A stretch of 64,000 nucleotides of DNA, taken from an uncultured bacterium (lineage in GTDB: Bacteria; Armatimonadota; Abditibacteriia; Abditibacteriales; Abditibacteriaceae). The DNA lies in the NCBI GenBank assembly GCA_963843795.1, contig CAWJLW010000006.1:496001-560000 (forward strand). Direction: 5' to 3'. Position 1 is the stretch's first letter, and each line of letters opens with the position of its first letter. The position numbers were made by a program, and so were the translations under genes. The notes under the pieces are model-generated. The model was not told where the DNA came from. It saw only the letters and a program-made list of their open reading frames with translations, and did not search any database. This document shows, in pieces, positions 19,448 to 29,933 of the stretch.

Positions 19448-20011
19448 ATGGCCACGGATTTAGCATCAGATGATCAGTTAGTCGAAGCGGCGCAAAACGG
19501 TGATGCGACAGCGTTTGATGTTTTGGTGAATCGTTATCAAGAGCAAATTTATCGTTTGATGGTGCGCGCCTGCCATCATCCCGACGATGCCGAAGAAGTG
19601 GCAGTGGCCGCGTTCGGGCGCGCTTACGAAAAGCTGGAGCAGTTCGAAGGGCGTTCGAGTTTCGTGTCGTGGTTGGGGCGCATCGCCACCAACTTGTGTT
19701 TTCGGCGACGAGAAAAGAAAGAATTCGAGACCGTTGCGTTGGATGAAATTAATGAGCCGCCGGACGAAGATTCGCCTGAACGACACGCGGTGCGAGAAGA
19801 GATGCGTCGCATCATCCGCGCGGCAGTGGCGGCGTTGCCTGAACCCGACCGGAGCGTTTTGCGCTTGCGCGACATCGAAGAATTTTCCGCCGCACAGACG
19901 GCATTACAAACCGGACTGACCGAATCGGCGGTCAAATCGCGCTTGCACCGCGCCCGCAAAGCCCTACGCGCGCAGTTAAATCGCGATTTCGGGTTATCCA
20001 CAGAAAATTAA
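19448..20011 (+). CDS. ECF-type sigma-70 factor
   Basis: GDATAF, DAEEV, SWLGRIATN, VKSRLHRAR. Confidence 0.92.
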   Translation: MATDLASDDQLVEAAQNGDATAFDVLVNRYQEQIYRLMVRACHHPDDAEEVAVAAFGRAYEKLEQFEGRSSFVSWLGRIATNLCFRRREKKEFETVALDEINEPPDEDSPERHAVREEMRRIIRAAVAALPEPDRSVLRLRDIEEFSAAQTALQTGLTESAVKSRLHRARKALRAQLNRDFGLSTEN

Positions 20012-20081
20012 CAGATGCTAACAAAAAGCGAGTGCAATCGAATTCGACTGCACTCGCTTTGGTGATTCTGCTGGCAAGTTT

Positions 20082-20588
20082 TTACTGAGTTGCCACTTCT
20101 TTGTGAACGTCGCGCAGGAATTGGACGAACTGACCGGCATCCAGAAAGCCGGTCGCTCCCGTGACCGGTTTGCCGTCGGCACGCATCACAGCTAAAGTCG
20201 GCAGGCTGGCGATGCGGTATTGCACCGCTAAATCGGTTTCTTTATCGGTGTCGATCTTCAGCATCACCCATTTTTGCGATTCAGCGATAACTTGCGGGTC
20301 GGGATAGGTTTGCGTTTCCAGCATTTTGCACGGTGGGCACCATGTCGCGTAGAAGTCAGCGAAAATCGGTTTGCCGGTGCGCTTGCTTTCTTTTTTCGCC
20401 GCTTCGAGCGAAGTGAACCAGCGAATTTCTTTCGGCGCGGTTTTGGTGATCGATTTTTCCGCCCGCGCGATTGGCGCGGACGCCGGAGCAATTTTGTTCT
20501 GGCAATTGCCCGTCGCCAGGCAAGCGCCGCCCAGCGTTGCACCGACAGCGGCGACGGTTAAAGTCGCGATCAAAAGTGAGTTCTTCAT
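20082..20588 (-). CDS. Exported thioredoxin-family protein
   Basis: Signal peptide, DFYATWCPPCK, SLPT. Confidence 0.88.
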   Translation of the reverse strand: MKNSLLIATLTVAAVGATLGGACLATGNCQNKIAPASAPIARAEKSITKTAPKEIRWFTSLEAAKKESKRTGKPIFADFYATWCPPCKMLETQTYPDPQVIAESQKWVMLKIDTDKETDLAVQYRIASLPTLAVMRADGKPVTGATGFLDAGQFVQFLRDVHKEVATQ

Positions 20589-20630
20589 GTTTTTGTATCT
20601 CCTGTTCTGCGCGCAAGTACTTGCACGCGG

Positions 20631-21096
20631 TTATTTTCCTTTTTGCACGGGTAAACCGGCTTCCTGCCAGCCGGTAATGCCGCCTTCGATGACGAACAAT
20701 TGGACGTTGGGCACTTCTTTCATCGCTTCGGCGGCGACTTGCGCGCGGCGTCCGCTGTGACACATCAAAAGTACTTTGGGCGCAACTGCGGCTTTCTTGG
20801 GTTCGACTTTGACTTCGCCCAGCGGAATCAGAGCACTCCCTTCCACGCGCACCGTTTCGAATTCTACAGGTTCGCGCACATCGACCATCTTCGCGCCCGC
20901 TTTCATCATCGCTCTGCGCCTGCTGGGGCGAAATGGTTTCGATGGTGGCTGCTGCTTTCGCTTCGGTCTGGGTAGCGGCCTGAGCGCCCATCGGCGCGGG
21001 TTGGAAAGGACACGACGTGCGCGTTTTGGCAAACGCGAAAACCGAAGTGCCAATAATTGCATACAGTGCGAGTTCTGTAACAAGTGATTTGTTCAT
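20631..21096 (-). CDS. Rhodanese-domain protein with N-terminal anchor (frameshift near 20,920)
   Basis: MNKSLVTEL.. in one frame; VDVREPVEF, CHSGRRA, EGGITGW in another. Confidence 0.8.
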
Positions 21097-21115
21097 GTTT
21101 GTTTCCTTTGAGCTT

Positions 21116-21580
21116 TCAGCCGCTCTTGATATACGTCCAGCCCGCTTCCTGCTTGCGAACAACTTCTGCCACGCCCGAATCGACGATGGTAGCGACTTGC
21201 AGCAAATCTTTGGGAGCGATGTTCATGCGTTGCATGGTGTTATTGCAGGCGGCGAAAACGACGCCGTTTTTGTGCAGCCCTTGAATCATTTTCTTGAGTG
21301 CGGGGTTTTCTGCCGAAGTTTTTCCCAAAACCAAACCAATGCCTTTGCCATGCGCCACAATTTCGATGCGCGTGTTTTCCGGCCCGAAAGTTTTTTGCAC
21401 GTTTTGGGCGTTGCGCAGCACCGACTCCCATTTCGGCATTCCGTCCACGCTCATCTCGAAGACGATTTTGTGGATTTTGGCCTGCGGTTTCGCCTGTGCC
21501 GATGTCGCGAAAGTCAGCGACAGCAACGCGAAACCAAAAAGCAGCGCGAACGCGGATAAACGTCTCATTTTGTTTTTCAT
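21116..21580 (-). CDS. Exported DsrE-family protein
   Basis: IEIVAHGKGI, VFAACNNTM, SGVAEVVRKQEAGWTYIK. Confidence 0.88.
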   Translation of the reverse strand: MKNKMRRLSAFALLFGFALLSLTFATSAQAKPQAKIHKIVFEMSVDGMPKWESVLRNAQNVQKTFGPENTRIEIVAHGKGIGLVLGKTSAENPALKKMIQGLHKNGVVFAACNNTMQRMNIAPKDLLQVATIVDSGVAEVVRKQEAGWTYIKSG

Positions 21581-21624
21581 GAAAATTATTTTCCTTTCCA
21601 AGTACGCCCGTTTTCGACCGTACT

Positions 21625-23070
21625 TTACACCGCGATAAATTTGGCGTGCGTCAGTTCGGCGCAGACCGGCGAATGGTGCTGCAAGTACTTGCAGAGCGCG
21701 TCAATGGCCTTCACGCCAGTCGGCTTGATTTCCTGCGCGCCCTGTGTCGATTGCTCGCCCGCAGCCGCTACTTTGTATTGCCGCTCCAAATCGAGCGGCG
21801 CGCCCGCGATGTCAAGATGTTCGACGCGCGTGCCTTTGGGGTTATTAATCGCGACTGTGGCGTTGAGGCCGGAAACGCGCATCACGAAACCGCCCTTTTG
21901 ACGGAAAGGATCGGGCGCATAAACGCTTTGCAGATTGGCTTCGATGCGCTGCAAAATCTGCGCGCCGCTCAGTTCAAAGGTCACGACTTCGGGATTGGTC
22001 GGAATGATTTGCCACAAATCGCCCAGCGTCACATCGCCCGGCAAAACCGGAGAACCATAACGCCAGCCGTGCGAAAACGCCACATCCGCGCCGGTGAGGT
22101 CGAGATAGGCATCGGTGAGCAGATTGTCCATCGTCGATTCCAAAACCGCCATGCGATTGAGCGCCGTCGCGGTTTGGCCGACAACTGTCACTCAGCTTCT
22201 CGCGGTGCGGCGCAAGTTGCTCGTTCACCACGCGCTGCACTTCGGCGTCTTCCTCGATGGATTCTTCAAGCGCGAATCAGTTGATGCGAGTAATCGCACA
22301 CTTTGCCATCGCGCACTTCGAGGTCGAGACGGCCCAGAAACGAGCCGCCGAAGCCGGATTGAATGAGCAGCGTTTTGCCGATTTGCACCGGCTTTTCCAA
22401 ACGGTTGTGCGTGTGCGCGCTGAGAATGACATCAATGCCTTCGATTTCCCTGGCGAACTGGACTTCCTGCGGAAAGCCGACGTGCGAGACCAGCACGATA
22501 ATCTCGGCGTTTTGCTCGTGACGCAGCTTCCAAATCGCTTTGGGCAGCACGTCAACGGGATCGAGAAAGCGCAATCCCAAACCCATCGGGCGCGGCATGG
22601 TCTGGGTGACAATCGGCGAAGTCACGCCGATGAAACCGACGCGCACGCCGCCGATTTCGCGCACCTGAGCACGGCTCGAACTCTTTTTCGCCCGTGTCGG
22701 CGCGCTCGACGTTGCAGCACAGGGTGGGAAACTTCATTTCCGCCACGCGCTCGCGCAAAACTTCGGGGCCAAAGCCCCATTCCCAGTTGCCCGGCGTCAT
22801 CACATCGACGCCCATCGCGTTCAAAACCGCGACGACCGCCGCGCCCTTCGTCCACTGCGCGACGGCGGTGCCGTGAATGGCGTCGCCGCAATCGACAAAG
22901 CAGCACGCGCCCGAAGTTTCCTCGCGGATTTGACGCACCACGGTCGCGGCGCGCGCGTAGCCGCCCAACGTGCGATAAGTGTCGGCGCCGTTGACGCGGA
23001 ACAGTTCGGGATGCGCTTCAAACTGCGCGTGCGTGTCGTTTTGCTGAATTAAAGTGAGTTTGCCGTTCAT
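21625..23070 (-). CDS. SoxB-like/5'-nucleotidase metallophosphoesterase, split over three frames
   Basis: NDTHAQ, DCGD, PGNWE, LVSH, SAHTH, C-terminal 5'-NT domain; ORF pieces 22552-23070, 22266-22664, 21625-22191. Confidence 0.8.
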
Positions 23071-23092
23071 AAGAACTCCCTTGGAAAAACGA

Positions 23093-24483
23093 TTATTCCG
23101 CGTCGCCGTGCGTGAGTTTGTAGCCCGCCGCTTTCCACGCTTTCATGCTGCCGGGAACATTTTTCACCTGTTCAAAGCCTTGCTGCTGCAAAACACTGGC
23201 GGCAATCGAAGCGCGGTAGCCGCTGCCGCAATACACCGCGAGGGGTTCGATCTTTTTGAGCTTCTTGGAGTACTCTTCGACTTTGGGCACAAAAGCGTGC
23301 TGCGCTCCGGCGATAAATCCTTGGCTCCATTCGTCATCGGCGCGCACATCGAGAATCTGCACGTCATCTTGCTTTTCCTTCAACTCCTGCACGCTCATCT
23401 GCTCCAGCTTCACGAACGGCATTCCGGCCTCGAACCAGCCGCGCATGCCCTGACGCAGAAAGCCAGCGATGTTTTCGATGCCGATGCGCAGCAGGTGGCG
23501 CTGCACTTTATCCAAATCGGCTTCGTTGTCGAGCACCAGCAAAATCGTGTCTTCGGGCTTGAGCATCCAACCGCTCCAGACCGGAAACTCGTCGCGCAAC
23601 GCGATGTTCATCGCGCCTTCGATGTGGCCGCCGCCAAACGCTTCGATTTCGCGCGTATCCAGAACCAGAGCGTTTTTCTCTTTGGCGGCATCGGCGAACT
23701 TTTGCGGGTCGAGCGGCTGCACGTTGGGCAGACAGCCGAGTACTCCCGCGCCCTGCGGCATTGACTTTTTTCATGCGCGGATAATAGGTCGGCGCGGGCG
23801 GCAAATCTTTCAAAACCGCCTTGACGAATTCGTCTTCGCTTTTCAGTTGCGCCTTCTCCTGATGCATGTCGCTCGTAGCCGATGGTCGAAGTCAGGCGGT
23901 CGCCGATGTTACCGCCGCAGGGCGAGCCGGAGCCGTGCGCCGGATAAATCTCGACTTCATCGCCCAGCTTGAACAACTTCTCGTGCAGCGAATGAAAAAG
24001 TTTCTTCGCCAATTCTTCTTCGCTGCCGCCGCCGATCAGATCGGGCCGTCCGACTTCACCAGCAAACAGCGTGTCGCCGGTGAAAACGCCCCAGGTTTTC
24101 TTGGAGCCTTTGCCGCCTTCAATCGAAAGCGAAATGTGTTCGGGCGTGTGGCCGGGCGTGTGAAGTACTTGCAGCGTCACCGCACCGAGTTCAAAGGTCT
24201 CGCCTTCTTTGGCCTGATGCAGCTTGAAGCCGTAATCTTTGGACACGCCGCCCACGATTTGCGCGCCGGTTTGCGATGCCAGTTCGCGCGCTCCCGAAAC
24301 GAAATCGGCGTGGATGTGCGTTTCGAAGATGTGCGTGATGCGACAGTTGTTCTGGCGCGCGATGTCGATGTAAATCGAAACATCACGGCGCGGGTCAATC
24401 ACGGCGCACACGCCCTCATCGTCATCGCCCACGACATACGAAAGATGCGCCACGCCTTTGGTTTCAATAGTTTCCAGTAACAT
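23093..24483 (-). CDS. MBL-fold persulfide dioxygenase-like protein fused to two rhodanese domains (frameshifted)
   Basis: ETHIHADF, TPGHTPEH, GDTLF, PAHG..CG; rhodanese YCGSGYRA in 23093-23761. Confidence 0.85.
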
Positions 24484-24494
24484 AATTTTTCCTT

Positions 24495-25292
24495 TTAATT
24501 AATGAGTTGAAGTGCAGCGGGCACGTTGGCAAAAGCCAGATACGCCGCCACAGCGAGCGCGACAGCCGCGAAAGTTTTTTCCAGAGCGCGGGCCGGAACT
24601 CGTCCGGCGAAGTTCAAGCCGCCCCACAATCCCAGCAGCGCGGCGACAGTCAGCGCGGCAGCCAGCGGCAACAATCCGCGCACCGCTCCCCAGTGAGCCG
24701 CGAAGCCCGCCACCGAATTGAAAGCGATGATGCCCAGCGAAGTTCCCGTCGCCAGCTTCATGGTTTGATGGGCGAAGCGGCGCAGCGCGGGCACCAGCAG
24801 AAATCCGCCGCCAACGCCCAAAAATCCGGTCAGAATCCCCACGCCCCAGCCCGCAAAAGCGCAGCGTCCAGTGCGGCATTCGTTGTCGCAAAGCGCTTCC
24901 TCAGCCCCGCCGCCGCGCCACATTTTCAGACCAACCGTGAATAGCAAGGCCGCGAACAACAACAGCAAAATCGGTGACGGCACGAGCGGTGTCAAGCGCG
25001 CGCCGATCACTGCCCCGACGGCTCCCGACAGCCCGAAGAGCAAAAGCGCACGTCCATGAACTTCGCCGTTGCGCGCTTTGATGGCGGCTCCGGCCAGCGA
25101 AGTCAATCCGACAATCGGCAGCGAAAGCGCAATGGCGGCGGCAGCGGGCAAGCCGAGTACGTAAACCAGAATCGGCACCACGACAATCGAGCCGCCGCCG
25201 CCGACCATGCCGAGCAGCAGCCCAACAGCGACGGTGAGCAGTAGGCCTATTGCCAGTGCCGTGGGTGACACGCCGACCATAAGGTGGCTCAT
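24495..25292 (-). CDS. Sulfite exporter TauE/SafE family
   Basis: GGGGSIVVVP and GVGGGFLLVP repeats, ATGTSL, multiple TM segments. Confidence 0.9.
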   Translation of the reverse strand: MSHLMVGVSPTALAIGLLLTVAVGLLLGMVGGGGSIVVVPILVYVLGLPAAAAIALSLPIVGLTSLAGAAIKARNGEVHGRALLLFGLSGAVGAVIGARLTPLVPSPILLLLFAALLFTVGLKMWRGGGAEEALCDNECRTGRCAFAGWGVGILTGFLGVGGGFLLVPALRRFAHQTMKLATGTSLGIIAFNSVAGFAAHWGAVRGLLPLAAALTVAALLGLWGGLNFAGRVPARALEKTFAAVALAVAAYLAFANVPAALQLIN

Positions 25293-25307
25293 GAGTGGGC
25301 TTCTTTG

Positions 25308-25865
25308 CTATCGTGCTTGCTGGGCAATGGCGCAACTGCGCGCTTTTTCATCGCCATGCGGCTTGTTCCACGGCGCTTTTGAAAGCACTTTGCCCATGCC
25401 GCAAAAGTCGGTAACACCTGCGAAAATCAAGCCGCACGGCACAAACCACGAAACTACGCGCAGTCGCGGCACCAGCAAGCCAAGCAACACGAGCGCGCCC
25501 GCGCCGATGCGCACCTGACGCTCAATGGAAATCGGGCCACCTTCGGCTTTTTGCGTCGCCAATCCAGCCGCTTTCCATTCTTCGATGCCGCCTTTAACAA
25601 CGAAGGCTTTGGCAACGCTTGCGTCTGCAAGCGCTTGCGCGGCTTCGGTCGCGCGCTTGCCGCTACGGCAGAGCGTGAGTACTTCGGGCGCCAGCGCGCC
25701 GCGCTGCGGGTCGCTTTTCAACTCGCCCAGCGGAACGAGCGTCGCGCCCGGAACGTGGCTTTCGAGCCATTCGGGATATTCGCGCACATCGAGCAATGCC
25801 GCTCCGGCGTCCATTTTAGCTTTCGCTTCCAGTGGCGAAATTGTCTGCACATGGTTTTCTGGCAT
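25308..25865 (-). CDS. Rhodanese plus DUF2892 (YgaP-like) protein
   Basis: LLDVRE, CRSGKRA, IERQVRIGAG, GVTDFCGM..APWN. Confidence 0.9.
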   Translation of the reverse strand: MPENHVQTISPLEAKAKMDAGAALLDVREYPEWLESHVPGATLVPLGELKSDPQRGALAPEVLTLCRSGKRATEAAQALADASVAKAFVVKGGIEEWKAAGLATQKAEGGPISIERQVRIGAGALVLLGLLVPRLRVVSWFVPCGLIFAGVTDFCGMGKVLSKAPWNKPHGDEKARSCAIAQQAR

Positions 25866-26341
25866 GATCTTTCTCCTTAAATTGGGCTTTCATAAAGATA
25901 GATACGTCCCGAAAGAAAAAGGATGCAAAATCCTAACTAACAATGGCACTCATTCGATGATAGTTCCAAGAGAGAAATTGGCGAGGACAACTCTCATTCG
26001 CAAGAGCATGAGCGGCTTCGATGAGTGGGATCTGGCTGCACAGAAGTAGGATAGGCTGGTCGTTGAGCGGAATTTTGCCGTGCGGTATGAAGTATTCCGG
26101 TTGCGGAAGATTGCCCCAAAAGAGAATTTTAAGCGGTGAACATTTGCGGGAAAGCGGCGGTAGACATTTGCTGGTGGTTTGATACCAACGCTTGGGCTAC
26201 GCAAACGGTATGGGAAGCCGCAGAAACGTGCTTTGCGGATTCAAGATGTCTTTTAAACATAAAACCCTCAGAAAATAAATTTCTGAGGGTCTATAGAAAG
26301 CGAAAAAGCCCTTACCAAGTAAGGGCTTTTTCATTTTATTA

Positions 26342-26387
26342 TGGAGCTGAGGGGATTCGAACCCCTGACCTCTTGAGTGCGATTCAA
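26342..26387 (-). repeat. att site (duplicated tRNA-Ala 3' half)
   Basis: TGGAGCTGAGGGGATTCGAACCCCTGACCTCTTGAGTGCGATTCAA identical to 44938-44983. Confidence 0.97.
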
Positions 26388-26559
26388 ACATCTCATATCG
26401 CTCCCAATTCCTTTTTTTACGCACTCGATAGGCGCTTTAAGACCGCTGTTTTTGATTAGTCAAGATCTATTATAGTAGGTCTAAAACGACTTGGCTACTG
26501 GCTGAACGCCCATGAGTTTAATCCTCGCCACAGGATCAACCTCGTTCACGCTGCCGTCC

Positions 26560-26818
26560 TTAAAGAAGAAATACAGGAGGCCTTAATGAGCAATGGAAGA
26601 TATTCTGAAACTCTGACTTCAGAGATTTCGTGGAGATAAATAGAGGAGCAGGAGCATTTAACAGAAGACCAGCACTGTGTCCGGCATCCTCGAAGGTGAC
26701 AATGAATTCAGTTTTCCCTTTCTTCGTGGTGACGTTCGTACTGGGTGCGGAGGGACGTGCCTTCGACCTGATGTTCACTGGATACTCGAAGGTATCGGAC
26801 TGCCTTTAATGTTTTCAT
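26560..26818 (-). pseudogene. Truncated, frameshifted serine recombinase N-terminus
   Basis: ATG 26818: MKTLKAVRYLRVSSEHQVEGTSLRTQ, then in another frame KGKTEFIVTFEDAGHSAG. Confidence 0.7.
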
Positions 26819-27297
26819 CTTTCGCTCCTTTTTAATTCTTCATCGGTCATCAGACGAAGACCTTTGTCTTGATTTTCGAATTGCCACATCTGCACAGCTT
26901 TTATCTTTGATGGGATGTCAAGTTCATCTTCTCCTTTGAGATATTTGAAGAAATATCCGGCGGAGAATTCTTTGTCAGAAAGAACGGCATTGAGGGCCCA
27001 TTCGAGTCTTGATTGGAGTTGTTCATCTCCTTGAAGAGAGAGAGGTTCTTCTGTCCGGCGGGAATATCCGGCCAAAGCGGAAATTTCTTCCGCATCAACG
27101 CCATACGCATCCGCAAATTTCTTCAATGTCGGCGGTGTCGGCATTTTGTGTCCACACTCAATTTGCGAAAGATGGGGCACGCTGCTTAAACCGATCTTCT
27201 CGACGGCCTCGGCCTGATTCATCCCCAGCGACTTGCGTATTTCCCGTAGCCGCTGTCCAAGACGCCGCCGCTCTTCATCACTGCCATGTCTTCTCAT
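26815..27297 (-). CDS. XRE-family HTH transcriptional regulator
   Basis: LGQRLREIRKSLGMNQAEA..HLSQIECG..P; GGAGG before ATG 27297. Confidence 0.9.
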   Translation of the reverse strand: MRRHGSDEERRRLGQRLREIRKSLGMNQAEAVEKIGLSSVPHLSQIECGHKMPTPPTLKKFADAYGVDAEEISALAGYSRRTEEPLSLQGDEQLQSRLEWALNAVLSDKEFSAGYFFKYLKGEDELDIPSKIKAVQMWQFENQDKGLRLMTDEELKRSER

Positions 27298-27495
27298 CAA
27301 TACCTCCCGCATTTCCCAGTATTATACCCTATGTTATATCTTATGCAAGGCCTAAATCAGATGAAACAAAAATAAACCTTGAAATCTGGTCTAAAATGAG
27401 TCATAATAGATAAATAAGGTGAATAATTTTGCATATTATGGCCTGTAATAAAACTTAGTTATACTTCAATTACTTATTAAAGTGGAGGTGAAATC

Positions 27496-27684
27496 ATGAA
27501 ACAAACCAAAGCTATCCTTAGCGGCACAATTGTCGACACGGCAGAGAGGGTTCGAGAGAAGTCTGGTCAGGAGAGAATTATCAATTTGATCCGCGCACTT
27601 CTTCTTCATCTGGACAGCGTTTCCGGCGATGAGAATTTCAGCATCGCGGACATCGAGTTGAAAAAGAGAACCGTTGTAGGATGA
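27496..27684 (+). CDS. Small hypothetical protein divergent from the XRE regulator
   Basis: Strong GGAGGTG RBS; Cro-like position. Confidence 0.55.
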   Translation: MKQTKAILSGTIVDTAERVREKSGQERIINLIRALLLHLDSVSGDENFSIADIELKKRTVVG

Positions 27685-27819
27685 ACTCAACTTTCCGGGA
27701 AATGTCGTTCGCCTGTGGAAAATCTTTCTTAGTAGCCAATTCTTCATTGACTTTAGTGAGAACATACAATACGTTACCGGGGTAACAAAAAAGCCCCGCC
27801 TTTTGGGCGGAGCTAACTT

Positions 27820-29933
27820 ATGTCTGAGGCAGCGACAACTCCCTCAGATGTAGTTCCATCTGTAGCTACAGAATTTTTGAATGCAAAATCACAACATGAA
27901 ACACAACACGAGATTAACATGAAACATTATACATCAACAAAACATGAAACGCAAATTATTGAGCACGATAACGATATTGAAATCACAATTTCGATGTTCG
28001 ATAGCGTCAAGGACAACCAACCAAAACAAAGCACCAGAAGGTGGAGTGAATTCTCTAAGAATTAGAGAAGTTTGTATTACCTCGCCTTAACTCCGGGGAT
28101 AGAGACGAAGACAAAAAGAAGGAAAACTTCGGTGTTCAACTTTACTCCGGGGTTTCCTACGAGAAGAATGCTCCGCGTAACAATGAAACAGCGGAGATGG
28201 TTTATATTGCCGCCGCTGACATAGATGACGGCCTCTCCTTCGAGGAGGCCATAAAATTGTCTCGTGGGTTGGAATGCCATATCTATACCACCTACAAGCA
28301 TTCTGCAGACTCTTCCAGACTCCGTATCGTCTATCCATTAGCCAGACCAGTACCAGCGGCAGAATGGCCCCAGATGTGGGATCGATTCAATGAAATGCAT
28401 GGAAATAGAATTGATTCCGCAACAAGAAATGTTTCTCGAATCTTCTTTCTTCCATGTCGCCATGAAGGAGATGTAGATTCAAGAAGTGAACCTTTTCACG
28501 GCCCCCTACTCGACCTGTACGCCCTGCCAGAGGCTAAAACGATAGATGTGTCATCCAAACCCCGAGAGGCTCGTGGAGAGGCTCACAGGGCCCTTAACGT
28601 GGACGATGAAGTCAATGATGTTGATATTGAAAAGATTGATAGAGTTTTTAAGTCTATATGGGACAAGAGAATCAAAGCCGGGGGTTCAGAAGACAAAGTG
28701 AATGGTTCTGATGCCGATTACTCGGTTCTTCGTTCGTTGACAAAGAAAGGTGTATCCTTCTCAGCTATTTTTAAAGGATTCGAAAAGGATTCCCATCCCG
28801 GACATTACAGAAAGATGATGACGCAGGGAAAACACGTTCAAGCGAGAAGATATTTAGAACACTCTTACATTAAAGCATTGGCCGAACCTGATACTCCAGA
28901 ATTCATTGAAAGTCTTTGTGAGACCAGAATCCTGACCTCAAAACTTCATCAGGCGGCGGAAAACATTGATTTTGATAGTAAAAGAGCAGCCAAGACTTTA
29001 CTGAAAGTCCTTCAAGCACACATCACAACGTTTAGCAAAACAGGTAAAGATTCATGGAATTTGTCAGTAAGAGAAGTCAAAGAAATTGCTTCAATCAACA
29101 GCATCACTACCGTTTCAAAAGCACATTACAATTTAAAGAATACTTTCAAAGTGTTAAATTGTTCAGGCCCTAGAAATGAAAAACGTTACTCTTTTACTCG
29201 CGAGTTCTTAGAACTCGTTAACAGTATTGAACTCGAAGAACAAAACGAAACGTTAGAAGATCATACTAACACATCCAGAGAGAATTCTTCTGATGTGTTA
29301 GTATGTGCGTTTAACGTTTCAAATACAGATTTCGTCGTTGGACAAACCCAAACCTCTGGTGTTTTCGAACATACTCGACGCGGCGGTCTTGGTGACAGTG
29401 CTGAAAGAGTTTATGTTGCTTTGATGAAATATGGGCCTTTGACTCTCGATGAACTTTCAGAAAAAACCAAACTTCTAAGAGCTACTGTCCGCCGAAGTGT
29501 AAGTGGAGTCTGTAATCGAAAAACTGGTGAACTCAAGACTCCTGGATTGGAGTTTTACGGTATTGTTACGGAAATCGGTGGTGTGGTTACTGTGAATCCT
29601 GACTTTGATTTCAAGTCTCTGGCTATTGATTTAGGTGTCGATGGAATTAAAGAAATTCGGGCCAAGAAACATCGAGATGAACGACTTATCCACCGGCAAA
29701 ACTTTAAAAACTTTAAAGAAATGCGCCGTCGAGAAAAGCTACTGGGAAACACTACTATGCCGTATAATACCGAACTTATCCCGGATTCCATCGAGCGTAT
29801 CCTGTATAATACCGAACAAATCCCGGATTCTACCGAGCGTATGCCGTATAATACCGAACAATTCTCGGATTTTACAGAGCATATCCCGTATAATATCGAA
29901 CAAATCCCGGATTTTATAGAACATTCTCGATGA
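27820..29933 (+). CDS. AEP-type primase/replication protein with wHTH (frameshift near 28,055)
   Basis: ADIDDG, IYTTYKHS..RLRIVYPLARPV, D.ATRNVSRIFFLP; the main frame is open from 28059 and continues the 27820-28065 ORF; GPLTLDELSEKTKL..VRRSV HTH. Confidence 0.7.
29757..29924 (+). repeat. 8 x 21-bp (4 x 42-bp) imperfect tandem repeat at the 3' end of the rep gene
   Basis: ATGCCGTATAATACCGAACAA-like and ATCCCGGATTCTACCGAGCGT-like units alternate. Confidence 0.9.

Noticed and set aside
26342..26387. Second tRNA-Ala gene
   Set aside because: Only the 3' 46 nt are present; it is the att duplication
29757..29924. Possible CRISPR array
   Set aside because: Contiguous imperfect tandem units without unique spacers; no cas genes in the window
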